A stretch of 32,000 nucleotides of DNA from Candidatus Saccharimonadota bacterium (GTDB taxonomy: Bacteria; Patescibacteriota; Gracilibacteria; UBA4473). The translations under genes and the position numbers were made by a program. The notes under the pieces are model-generated. The model ran no database searches. It was not told the origin of the DNA and saw only the letters and a list, made by a program, of their open reading frames with translations. Below are positions 16,028 through 23,814 of the stretch, piece by piece. Position 1 is the first letter of the stretch, and every line of letters begins with the position of its first letter. The stretch covers positions 810,001 to 842,000 of the forward strand of contig OZ245819.1 of the NCBI GenBank assembly GCA_965228485.1, read 5' to 3'.

Positions 16028-17257
16028 ATGAACAACTCCATCGATAAATCAAAGCTTAAAATCCTTCTTCTTGAAGGCGTTAGTCCAAAATCTCTAAATT
16101 ACTTTAAAGACAATGGCTATGAAAATATTGAATACATCAAGACCGCTCTTCCAGAGTCTGAGCTCATTGAAAAAATAAAAGATGTACACTTCATAGGAAT
16201 TCGCTCTCGAACCCAGCTCACAAAAAATGTTTTTGAAGCGGCAGAAAAACTAACCGCCGTGGGATGTTTTTGTATTGGGACGAACCAGGTTGACCTTGAA
16301 GCAGCAAAAATGAAAGGAGTCCCTGTTTTTAACGCTCCATTTGCAAATACGAGAAGTGTAGCAGAACTTACTATTGCTTCAACTATCCACCTTATGAGGG
16401 GTATTCCTGCTAAAAATATTGCCGCGCACAGAGGAGAGTGGCTTAAAAGTGCCGAAAATTCTTTTGAAGTAAGAGGAAAGAAGCTCGGAATTATTGGATA
16501 CGGAAATATAGGTTCTCAGTTAAGCGTACTTGCTTCAGGACTGGGAATGCACGTTTACTACTATGATGTTGAAAATAAACTTCCTCACGGAAATGCTCGT
16601 TCTACGAGCGATCTCAAAACCTTGCTAGGCATGTCTGATGTTGTCACTGTTCACGTTCCAGAAACTCCTCAAACAAAGAATATGATTAACAAAGAAGCTT
16701 TGAGCCAGATGAAACCTGGGAGCTTCTTGATCAATTATGCTCGAGGAACCGTTGTAGATATTGATGCCCTTAAAGAATCACTCGAAAACAAACATTTACT
16801 TGGAGCCGCTCTAGACGTATTCCCAAAGGAGCCAAAGTCAAAAGATGAAGAATTCGAATCTCCATTAAGAGGACTTGATAATGTACTTATTTCTCCACAT
16901 GTGGGAGGGAGTACTCAAGAAGCACAAGAAAATATTGGAACGGAAGTAGCCGAAAAACTTGTTCGATACTCTGATAACGGATCCACCGCTTGGGCGGTAA
17001 ACTTTCCAGAAGCAAACCTTCCAACCCATGACGGAAGCCATCGAATTCTCAATATTCACCAAAACATCCCAGGAATGATGAGTCAGATAAACCAAATCTT
17101 TGCAGAAAGCGGAACGAATATCGTCGGGCAGTTTTTACAAACTGATCCTGAAGTTGGTTACGTCGTAATCGATATTGATACCCAAAATGATCCTCATCAA
17201 TTCAAAGAAAAGTTAAGCACCATTGAAGGTAGCATTCGTACTCGTGTTCTCCATTAA
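16028..17257 (+). CDS. serA: D-3-phosphoglycerate dehydrogenase (long, E. coli-type with C-terminal ACT domain)
   Basis: Colinear with E. coli SerA as recalled (HFIGIRSRTQLT, AVGCFCIGTNQVDL, VPVFNAPFANTRSVAEL, GKKLGIIGYGNIGSQL, PHVGGSTQEAQENIG, YSDNGST..AVNFPE). Start taken at ATG 16028 (MNNSIDKSKLKILLLEG). The track ATG 15992 lies in the terminator loop. Confidence 0.95.
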   Translation: MNNSIDKSKLKILLLEGVSPKSLNYFKDNGYENIEYIKTALPESELIEKIKDVHFIGIRSRTQLTKNVFEAAEKLTAVGCFCIGTNQVDLEAAKMKGVPVFNAPFANTRSVAELTIASTIHLMRGIPAKNIAAHRGEWLKSAENSFEVRGKKLGIIGYGNIGSQLSVLASGLGMHVYYYDVENKLPHGNARSTSDLKTLLGMSDVVTVHVPETPQTKNMINKEALSQMKPGSFLINYARGTVVDIDALKESLENKHLLGAALDVFPKEPKSKDEEFESPLRGLDNVLISPHVGGSTQEAQENIGTEVAEKLVRYSDNGSTAWAVNFPEANLPTHDGSHRILNIHQNIPGMMSQINQIFAESGTNIVGQFLQTDPEVGYVVIDIDTQNDPHQFKEKLSTIEGSIRTRVLH

Positions 17258-17258
17258 A

Positions 17259-18332
17259 ATGTTTGATATCACCTTTAATCCCGGCCCATCACAAATATCA
17301 AAAGCGACAAAAAAAGATATTCAAGATGCTGTAGACCAAAGGATTCTAGAAATTTCTCACCGAAGTCCTCAGTTTTCTGAGATTTCAACTCAGGCTGTTA
17401 TTGGTCTACGAAAACTCCTCGATATTCCTGAAGACTATCATATATTTTACTTAGATTCTGCCAGTCAAGCCTGGCATTCAATCTTGAGCAATACCGTTGT
17501 GAAAAACTCTTTTCACTTTATTAATGGAGCCTTTTCTGAAAAGTTTTATAAAGCCGCTCAAGTGCTTAATAAATCTCCAAACCATCAAACCGTTTCTTGG
17601 GGGGAACAAAATGATTTTGAGACTGATATCCCAGTAAACACAGAGCTTATTACCGCTTGCTACAATGAAACGAGCACTGGAGTCATGATGAATGCTAAAC
17701 AACTTGAAGCCCTAAGAAAAAATAACCCAGACCCGCTTATTACCATTGATATTACCTCTTGTGCAGGGGCTATGAACGTAGATATATCACAGGCAGATTG
17801 TTGGTATTTTTCGGTTCAGAAATGCTTTGGACTTCCGGCTGGACTGGGGATTCTAATTGTCTCACCAAAAGCCTATGAAAGATCTATAAATTTAAAAAAC
17901 GAAGAAAAAAACTCAGCCGGTATTTGGCAATGGGAAAAACTCAACAAGCCTATGGTAGAAAAAAATCATCAAACTCCCCAAACCCCAAATGTGCTGAATA
18001 TCTACCTCCTTGCAAAACAATGTGAACGATGGAATAACTCTGGAGGTTTGGATCAAATAATCCAAGAAACTAAGACGAAGAAGCAAATGATTGAATCCTG
18101 GACTCAAGATTCTGACTTTAATTTTTTCGTATCCAGTGAAGATTTCCGATCAGACACGGTTTTAACCATCACGGGTTTGCCTGAAAAAGTGGCTGAAATA
18201 CACGAAAAATGTATGCAGAACAATATTGTGATGGGAAAAGGTTACGGAACAACCAAAGCAAATGTATTTAGAATTGCGAACTTCCCAGCGGTAACGGAGG
18301 AAGATCTCGAAAGGTTCTTTTCAATTATTTAA
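17259..18332 (+). CDS. serC: phosphoserine aminotransferase (class V aminotransferase)
   Basis: FNPGPSQISK N-terminus, ISHRS..F, NETSTG, SVQKCFG (PLP lysine context), RIANFPA. Starts 1 nt after the serA stop (ATG 17259). Confidence 0.85.
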   Translation: MFDITFNPGPSQISKATKKDIQDAVDQRILEISHRSPQFSEISTQAVIGLRKLLDIPEDYHIFYLDSASQAWHSILSNTVVKNSFHFINGAFSEKFYKAAQVLNKSPNHQTVSWGEQNDFETDIPVNTELITACYNETSTGVMMNAKQLEALRKNNPDPLITIDITSCAGAMNVDISQADCWYFSVQKCFGLPAGLGILIVSPKAYERSINLKNEEKNSAGIWQWEKLNKPMVEKNHQTPQTPNVLNIYLLAKQCERWNNSGGLDQIIQETKTKKQMIESWTQDSDFNFFVSSEDFRSDTVLTITGLPEKVAEIHEKCMQNNIVMGKGYGTTKANVFRIANFPAVTEEDLERFFSII

Positions 18333-18340
18333 ATTTTATG

Positions 18341-18378
18341 AAAAAAGCTTAGGGTCTTGTGGGTTCCCTAAGCTTTTT
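18341..18378. terminator. bidirectional intrinsic terminator between convergent serC and efp
   Basis: AAAAA-AGCTTAGGG (18346-18354), 11-nt loop, CCCTAAGCT (18366-18374), then TTTT. An A-run on one side and a T-run on the other allow function in both directions. Confidence 0.75.
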
Positions 18379-18427
18379 GAATTCACTTGTTAAAGGGTTT
18401 TCCTAGGGGAAAGTATTTCCCCTGGGC

Positions 18428-18988
18428 TTACTTAGCTCGTTCTACATACTCTCCAGAAAGAGAATTGATAATCACTTTATCTCCTTGATTGATAAACGGT
18501 GGAACTTTTAAAACATAACCACTCGCAATCTTTGCGTCTTTTGTTACGTTCCCGGCGGTATTTCCTTTGACTCCTGGTTCTGTTTCAACAATTTCAACCG
18601 TTAATTTTGGCTGTAATTGAACATTGATTGGATTTCCGTTGAAATATTGAACATCAACATCCATTCCATCTACCAAGAAATAAGCTGTATCTCCTAATTG
18701 CTCCTTGGAAAAAGTCATTTGTTCGTAACTTTCGTTGTCCATAAATTCATACTCCTCCCCAGTAGCGTAAAGAAACTGAGCTTTTTTGTAATTTACTTCC
18801 GCTGGTTCAATTTTTTCTGCTCCAGAAAAAGTTCTTTCCATGGTAGATCCTGTCAGAAGGTTTTTGAGCTTTGTTTTCATATTCCCTCCTTGTCGAGCCG
18901 TTTTACTAAATTGATTCCAGGTAACCACATAAGGTTGCCCATCAATCTGAATATTTCGTCCAACTTTTAAATCTGTAATTCCAAGCAT
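18428..18988 (-). CDS. efp: translation elongation factor P (arginine at the loop tip)
   Basis: Colinear with EF-P (KVGRNI..DG.PY.V, KLKNLLTG, ETEPGVKGNTAG, SGEYVERAK). The beta3-beta4 loop reads FSKTARQGG with Arg32 where E. coli has Lys34. Confidence 0.92.
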   Translation of the reverse strand: MLGITDLKVGRNIQIDGQPYVVTWNQFSKTARQGGNMKTKLKNLLTGSTMERTFSGAEKIEPAEVNYKKAQFLYATGEEYEFMDNESYEQMTFSKEQLGDTAYFLVDGMDVDVQYFNGNPINVQLQPKLTVEIVETEPGVKGNTAGNVTKDAKIASGYVLKVPPFINQGDKVIINSLSGEYVERAK

Positions 18989-19041
18989 GTTTTGAATTTA
19001 AAAAAATAGTCGCCTCTATTGTCGGTTTTTTTTTAAGAAAC

Positions 19042-19908
19042 TCAAGTCGAAGCCGTCGAGGCAAGATCTATCTTAACACCAATACTATCAAGGATTTTTA
19101 AAATCTCCTCTGGGTCTTCCGCTTTAGACAAATCTACCAATACTTGAACCGAAAGCCTTTGGGCCAAAAAAGCTATAACTTCGTAAATTTGCTCTTCAAG
19201 ATGTCCATCAAAAGATAACTCTAAAGAATCATCAAAACTCCAAGATTGATCTAAAAATTCTTTTTCTTGATCTGAAGATAGGCTAAAGGACAATCGTCCT
19301 TCAAGCGCTAAAGACTCCAAGCAAGAACCAAAAAGCTCATACTCAAATTCCAAGCTCTCTAAGGCGGAATCAATAACTTCTTCAACTATTTCATAAACTA
19401 CTGAATCACTTACTTTCACCACAAGCCTTACCTTTTCACGAACGACATCACTTAACTTCGAAGCAAAGTTTAAACCTTCTCTTGTTACAGCCTCAACTTC
19501 AATGTCTGAATTCTCAGGATGAGTTTCCACAATAGAAGCAATCTGACGTTCGGCCATAAAACGAGCTAAACCCTTTTTTCTATATTCTGGAGCAACAATA
19601 AAGAGTCCTAGATCTCCATCTTTAGCCTCTTGCTGCATCTGTCCGCTCATTGCCACTATTTTATATTCGGCGTTCCTAATAACCGTGATATTCTCAAGAC
19701 TCTCAAACCGCTGTCCTGCAGTACCTCCAAAGATTCTCATCTCTGGGTCATTTGGAATTTTATTTCCCCAATTATCGTGATAAAAATCGCTTAACTCGTA
19801 ATAATCTTCCTCAATAAATTGAATCTGGTGGACAGAATCAGCCTGATCAACGAAAAAATTTTCGCCACTAATTTCTACTGCTTCGAATCCATCATGAACT
19901 TCAACCAT
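19042..19908 (-). CDS. hypothetical protein with GNAT-like acetyltransferase core and acidic C-terminal half
   Basis: 288-aa ORF. LGLFIVAPEYRKKGLARFMAERQI resembles GNAT motif A (R/Q-x-x-G-x-G/A). The C-terminal half is highly acidic. It lies 53 nt upstream of efp on the same strand. Confidence 0.55.
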   Translation of the reverse strand: MVEVHDGFEAVEISGENFFVDQADSVHQIQFIEEDYYELSDFYHDNWGNKIPNDPEMRIFGGTAGQRFESLENITVIRNAEYKIVAMSGQMQQEAKDGDLGLFIVAPEYRKKGLARFMAERQIASIVETHPENSDIEVEAVTREGLNFASKLSDVVREKVRLVVKVSDSVVYEIVEEVIDSALESLEFEYELFGSCLESLALEGRLSFSLSSDQEKEFLDQSWSFDDSLELSFDGHLEEQIYEVIAFLAQRLSVQVLVDLSKAEDPEEILKILDSIGVKIDLASTAST

Positions 19909-19983
19909 CTCCCGATTATACCAAAAAAACCAAGCGGAGAAAAGGGATTGCCAATAACCTATTTTTTTTTATGCTTCCCCTTG

Positions 19984-20448
19984 ATGACAGAATCCACGCC
20001 ACTAGCCAAACAAATTGAAGCTCTAGAATCTCAAGTAGAGGGGCTTCAAAATGATCTAGAAACAGCCAGAGAGCAACAGATGAGAGCCTTAGCAGATCTA
20101 CAAAATGTTCAACGTCGAGAAGCCGAGCAAAAAGCCAAATGGGCTGAACTTTCTGTAGGAGAGTTTATCAGAAAGCTTCTGCCTTCATTCTTGGAACTTT
20201 CCCTCGGAGGAGAACATTCTGAAGATGAGGCGGTAAAATCGGTTATTGCCAAATTCTTTGAAACACTCAAAAAGGAAGAACTTGTCCGAATCGAACCAAG
20301 CCCAGGAGAAGCCGTTGACCCAGAAAAACACGAAGTACTACTCGCGGCTGAATCTGAAACTCCAGGTGTGGTACAATGTCTTGAGCCAGGATGGATTTAT
20401 AAAGAAACCGTTATCATTCCTGCGAAAATATCGGCTACTCAAAACTAA
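19984..20448 (+). CDS. grpE: nucleotide exchange factor GrpE (short form)
   Basis: Coiled-coil N-terminus with ALADLQNVQRREAEQ, then LLPSFLELSL and EAVDPEKHEVLL...GWIYKETVIIPAKI (GrpE pattern G..FDP..HeA....GY......RpA.V). Start taken at ATG 19984. The track start 19819 overlaps the divergent upstream gene. Confidence 0.8.
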   Translation: MTESTPLAKQIEALESQVEGLQNDLETAREQQMRALADLQNVQRREAEQKAKWAELSVGEFIRKLLPSFLELSLGGEHSEDEAVKSVIAKFFETLKKEELVRIEPSPGEAVDPEKHEVLLAAESETPGVVQCLEPGWIYKETVIIPAKISATQN

Positions 20449-20462
20449 TCACTTCTAATATT

Positions 20463-20555
20463 ATGAAAGCTTCTAAACAAACTAAGTTCCGAATCCTTGC
20501 TGCTGTGATCCTTTTGATCTTTGTAGCGAGCTCAATTGCGATGTTTATGGTCTAA
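20463..20555 (+). CDS. possible 30-aa hydrophobic small protein
   Basis: Below the ORF-track cut-off. ATG 14 nt after the grpE stop. Product MKASKQTKFRILAAVILLIFVASSIAMFMV: basic N-terminus plus one TM-length hydrophobic stretch. Confidence 0.3.
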   Translation: MKASKQTKFRILAAVILLIFVASSIAMFMV

Positions 20556-20559
20556 AGGA

Positions 20560-20587
20560 TTGTCTAAACATTTTTTTTTGCTATACC
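20560..20587 (+). promoter_or_regulatory. promoter placed for leaderless mnmA mRNA
   Basis: TTGTCT (20560-20565), 16-nt spacer, TATACC (20582-20587), then 6 nt to ATG 20594. Confidence 0.45.
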
Positions 20588-20593
20588 CAAAAC

Positions 20594-21673
20594 ATGTGTA
20601 AAAAACGCGTGGTAGTTGGTCTGTCTGGAGGTGTTGACTCATCTGTCACTGCCAAGATCCTTGTAGACGAAGGTTATGAGGTTATTGGCGTTTTTATGAA
20701 AAACTGGGATGACAAGGATGACCCTCATTGCCCAGCTGCGGTTGATGCGATAGACGCTCGTAATATAGCTAATCATTTGGGCATTCGGTTTTATACTTTT
20801 AATTTCTCGAAAGAATATTGGGACGATGTTTTTGATTATTTTTTAGAACAACATCGAAAATTCAGAACTCCAAACCCCGATATTCTGTGTAATAAATACA
20901 TCAAGTTTAAACAGTTTCTAAACGCCGCTGAAGAACTTGGCGCAGACTTTATTGCCACAGGGCATTACGCGAAAAACACATTTAATGAAACGACTCAAAA
21001 ATTTGAACTCCAGGTTCCAATCGACCACAACAAGGACCAGACTTACTTTCTCTACACACTCGGACAAGCACAACTGGCAAAAACTCTTTTCCCTTTGGCT
21101 GATATCCCCAAACCCAAGATTCGAGAAATGGCGCTAGAAGCTGGCTTCCCTAATGCCAAAAAGAAAGATTCAACAGGAATTTGCTTTGTTGGAGAACGGG
21201 ATTATATGGAGTTTTTGAAAAAATATCTTCATCAAGAACCAGGAAATATTGTGACCGAAAAAGGAGATATAATCGGTAAACATATTGGACTCAGTTTCTA
21301 CACGATCGGGCAACGAAAAAATCTAAATATTGGAGGGGTGAAAGGGTACAAAGAAGCCCCTTGGTTTGTCCTGGAAAAAGACATTGAAAGAAACGAAATT
21401 ATCGCCTGCCAAGACGACGACAATCCTCGACTTTTTCATCAAAATTTAGTGGCGGAAAAACTTCACTGGGTCGCTGGAGATACTCCTGAAGAAACACAAT
21501 TAACGGCCAAAATCCGTTACCGACAAGATTTCCAAGACTGTGAAATCAAGGTTAAAAATGATACCGTTGAAGTTTTCTTCCCTGAACCACAAAGAGCCAT
21601 TACTCCAGGACAGTCAATTGTGTTCTATGACAAAGATAAAAAAGTTTGTTTAGGTGGGGGAGAGATTATCTAG
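20594..21673 (+). CDS. mnmA: tRNA 2-thiouridine(34) synthase
   Basis: PP-loop VVGLSGGVDSSV, TPNPDILCN..IKF, ATGHYA, KDQTYFL, DSTGICF. Confidence 0.93.
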   Translation: MCKKRVVVGLSGGVDSSVTAKILVDEGYEVIGVFMKNWDDKDDPHCPAAVDAIDARNIANHLGIRFYTFNFSKEYWDDVFDYFLEQHRKFRTPNPDILCNKYIKFKQFLNAAEELGADFIATGHYAKNTFNETTQKFELQVPIDHNKDQTYFLYTLGQAQLAKTLFPLADIPKPKIREMALEAGFPNAKKKDSTGICFVGERDYMEFLKKYLHQEPGNIVTEKGDIIGKHIGLSFYTIGQRKNLNIGGVKGYKEAPWFVLEKDIERNEIIACQDDDNPRLFHQNLVAEKLHWVAGDTPEETQLTAKIRYRQDFQDCEIKVKNDTVEVFFPEPQRAITPGQSIVFYDKDKKVCLGGGEII

Positions 21674-22158
21674 CTAGTAATTTCTGCAACCCTTCCAGTT
21701 GTTTCGGCCGTTTGTTTGGCTTTCCATTCCTCATAGACTGCCTCCATTCTTTCGAGCTTTTCAGCTAAGGCTTTCTCAATTTGCTCAAGCGTTGGGAAAA
21801 CGCCTTCTTTTGTTGTCTCCGCTGATTTTGTAGTCACTTCCGCCAAAAGCGCCTCTATATCCCCTGAAGCATTCTCTAGAGTTCCTTCTTTAGAATCATC
21901 CGTAATTTTACATTTCTCTTCCCCAATAAAAATAGTCCAAACTCTTGCTACCTCTTTTCCCACATCTACTCGTGGATCATTAAAACCAATATGTGTCAGA
22001 TTCCCTAATTTTCGTTCTTTAGTCCGCTTTAGCAGGATGGAAAGTTTACTCGCTAAACGATTCTGAACATCTCCCTCCTCTCTTATTCGATCTGAACCGT
22101 CAACGTTATAAATACGTCTAGAGTTTTCTTCTGCTAAAAAGTGGTTTAAAAATTTCAT
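21670..22158 (-). CDS. hypothetical protein
   Basis: 162-aa ORF. Its stop overlaps the convergent mnmA stop (CTAG). TTGACT-16-TAATTA-like promoter upstream. No family recognised. Confidence 0.5.
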   Translation of the reverse strand: MKFLNHFLAEENSRRIYNVDGSDRIREEGDVQNRLASKLSILLKRTKERKLGNLTHIGFNDPRVDVGKEVARVWTIFIGEEKCKITDDSKEGTLENASGDIEALLAEVTTKSAETTKEGVFPTLEQIEKALAEKLERMEAVYEEWKAKQTAETTGRVAEITS

Positions 22159-22285
22159 GTCTTTGTAAATAAGCCTGCTAAAAACTTAATTAACACAAAA
22201 AAAAACAAAGTCAAAAGAATTCTAATTTGAAACCCTTGTGCCTACCACAAAAAAACAACTTGGACTAAATTGATCCAGTAACAGG

Positions 22286-22315
22286 AAAAGCCCAAAACGT
22301 CTGTTTTGGGCTTTT
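22286..22315 (-). terminator. intrinsic terminator downstream of glyA
   Basis: Plus strand: AAAA-GCCCAAAAC (22290-22298), GTCT loop, GTTTTGGGC (22303-22311), TTTT. On the minus strand the hairpin is followed by TTTTCCTGTT, 19 nt after the glyA stop. Confidence 0.75.
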
Positions 22316-22333
22316 CTCTCTTTGACATAAATT

Positions 22334-23611
22334 TTAAACAAAACTATCCGGAATTGGGAAGTCGTGGGCTAATTGTCTCACTTCTTCTCGAATCTTATCT
22401 TTCACGGCTTGATCATCTCGATTATTCATCGCTTCGACCATAAGTTCTGCAACTCGAGCACATTGTTCTTCTTTGAACCCCCGAGTGGTAATCGCTGGGG
22501 TTCCAAATCGAATTCCAGATGGGTCGAACATGGTTCGTGTTTCTCCTGCAATTGAATTTTTGTTCAGGGTAATTCCCACTTCATCCAGTACGTCTTCAGC
22601 TTCTTGACCAGTTACTCCAATTGATCCGTAAACATCCGCCAATAGAAGATGATTATCAGTTCCTCCTCCTATAAGACGAATTCCTGCCTCTAGGAATACT
22701 TTTTCCATGGCTTTGGCATTCTTTAGAATTTGTTGTGCATATTCCTGAAAGGCTGGAGTGAGCGCTTCTCCAAAGGCAACCGCACGAGCGGCTACTGCGT
22801 GCATGTGTGGACCTCCTTGGAGTCCTGGAAAGATTGATTTATCAATTTTCTTCGCTAGTTCTTCGTCTTCTCGAACGAGGATTAGGCCTCCTCGAGGTCC
22901 TCGAAGTGTTTTGTGAGTTGTGGTAGTGATAATATCAAATCCGTAATCAAAAGGATTTTTAACCACTTTCCCAGCAATAAGCCCAGCAATGTGAGCCATA
23001 TCGGCCATAGTGTAAGCGCCTACTTCTTTCGCAATATCAACGAATTTTTGGTAATCCAATTCTCGAGAGTAAGCTGAGAATCCAGCTAGGATAAGTTTTG
23101 GTTTTTCTCGAAGGGCTACTTCTCTCATTTCTTCGTAATCAATTTCTCCTGTATCTGGATTTTTCATTCCGTAACGAACAAAGTTAAATGACTTTGTCAC
23201 GTGTGTTACGGGATGGCCATGAGTTAGATGTCCTCCGTGTGAAAGATCCATCCCAAGAACCGTATCTCCAGGCTCTAGAATTCCATAGTAAACTCCAATA
23301 TTGGCCGGAGCTCCAGAATGTGGCTGAACATTTGCGTATTTTGCTCCGAAAAGCTTACACGCTCTTTCTATAGCGATATCTTCGATCGTGTCGGTGAACT
23401 GTTGTCCTCCGTAGTATCTTTTTCCTGGGTATCCTTCTGAGTATTTATTGGTAAAACAACTTCCTAAAGCTTCATGACAAGCTTTTGAGATATAATTTTC
23501 TGAAGGCACCAATTCCAAACCATTAGCTTCTCGTGCTTCCTCTCCTCGGATAGCATCAGCCATTTGTGGATCTTGGGCTTCAATGAACGGAATCGATTGT
23601 GGACTAGACAT
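22334..23611 (-). CDS. glyA: serine hydroxymethyltransferase
   Basis: LELVPSENY, YSEGYPGKRYYGG, NVQPHSG..AN, TTTTHKTLRGPRGG (PLP lysine), GGPHMH. Confidence 0.96.
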   Translation of the reverse strand: MSSPQSIPFIEAQDPQMADAIRGEEAREANGLELVPSENYISKACHEALGSCFTNKYSEGYPGKRYYGGQQFTDTIEDIAIERACKLFGAKYANVQPHSGAPANIGVYYGILEPGDTVLGMDLSHGGHLTHGHPVTHVTKSFNFVRYGMKNPDTGEIDYEEMREVALREKPKLILAGFSAYSRELDYQKFVDIAKEVGAYTMADMAHIAGLIAGKVVKNPFDYGFDIITTTTHKTLRGPRGGLILVREDEELAKKIDKSIFPGLQGGPHMHAVAARAVAFGEALTPAFQEYAQQILKNAKAMEKVFLEAGIRLIGGGTDNHLLLADVYGSIGVTGQEAEDVLDEVGITLNKNSIAGETRTMFDPSGIRFGTPAITTRGFKEEQCARVAELMVEAMNNRDDQAVKDKIREEVRQLAHDFPIPDSFV

Positions 23612-23652
23612 TGTAGTTTTGGTTAAAAGGTTGGTTAAATAATTTTAAAAGT

Positions 23653-23681
23653 AAAAAACAGCGACAAATTTCTGCGCTGTT
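23653..23681 (-). terminator. intrinsic terminator inside the glyA leader (or terminator of the upstream metA-like gene)
   Basis: Minus strand: AACAGCG (23681-23675), 11-nt loop, CGCTGTT (23663-23657), TTTT. It ends 41 nt before the glyA ATG. Confidence 0.6.
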
Positions 23682-23702
23682 CTTCATAAGTGTTTCCCAA
23701 AA

Positions 23703-23771
23703 CTAAACCTCTTTTCGCCCTTTCCCGGAAGGACGTAAAGCCATACTGTTCTGAGATATTTTGTGGGTCAT
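23703..23771 (-). CDS. upstream ORF in the glyA leader (MTHKISQNSMALRPSGKGRKEV; 13-codon version from ATG 23744)
   Basis: The first ATG is 11 nt after the TATCTT -10 box. The C-terminal 13 codons (ATG GCT TTA CGT CCT TCC GGG AAA GGG CGA AAA GAG GTT TAG) parallel the serA-leader uORF codon for codon. Confidence 0.55.
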   Translation of the reverse strand: MTHKISQNSMALRPSGKGRKEV

Positions 23772-23782
23772 TGGGTACTCAA

Positions 23783-23811
23783 AAGATAATAAATAACCAA
23801 ATTGAAGTCAA
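23783..23811 (-). promoter_or_regulatory. putative promoter of the glyA leader
   Basis: Minus strand: TTGACT (23811-23806), 17-nt spacer, TATCTT (23788-23783). It starts 3 nt after the metA-like stop codon. Confidence 0.45.
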
Positions 23812-23814
23812 TAC

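Noticed and set aside
3292-19983. Longer N-terminal extensions offered by the ORF track: aspS TTG 3292, HAD 8679, trpB TTG 11670, serA ATG 15992, serC 17223, grpE 19819.
   Set aside because: The extensions overlap upstream genes, promoters or terminator hairpins and add residues absent from homologs. Internal ATGs (3346, 8739, 11703, 16028, 17259, 19984) reproduce the canonical N-termini.
23653-23782. Possible known riboswitch (glycine, THF, ZTP/pfl) or T-box in the glyA leader.
   Set aside because: None of the remembered core consensus elements is present. I looked for ACCGAAGGGGCAA-type glycine cores, CCGCCUGGGC of ZTP, THF junction motifs, and the T-box AGGGUGGUACCGCG. The leader is also too short for a T-box.
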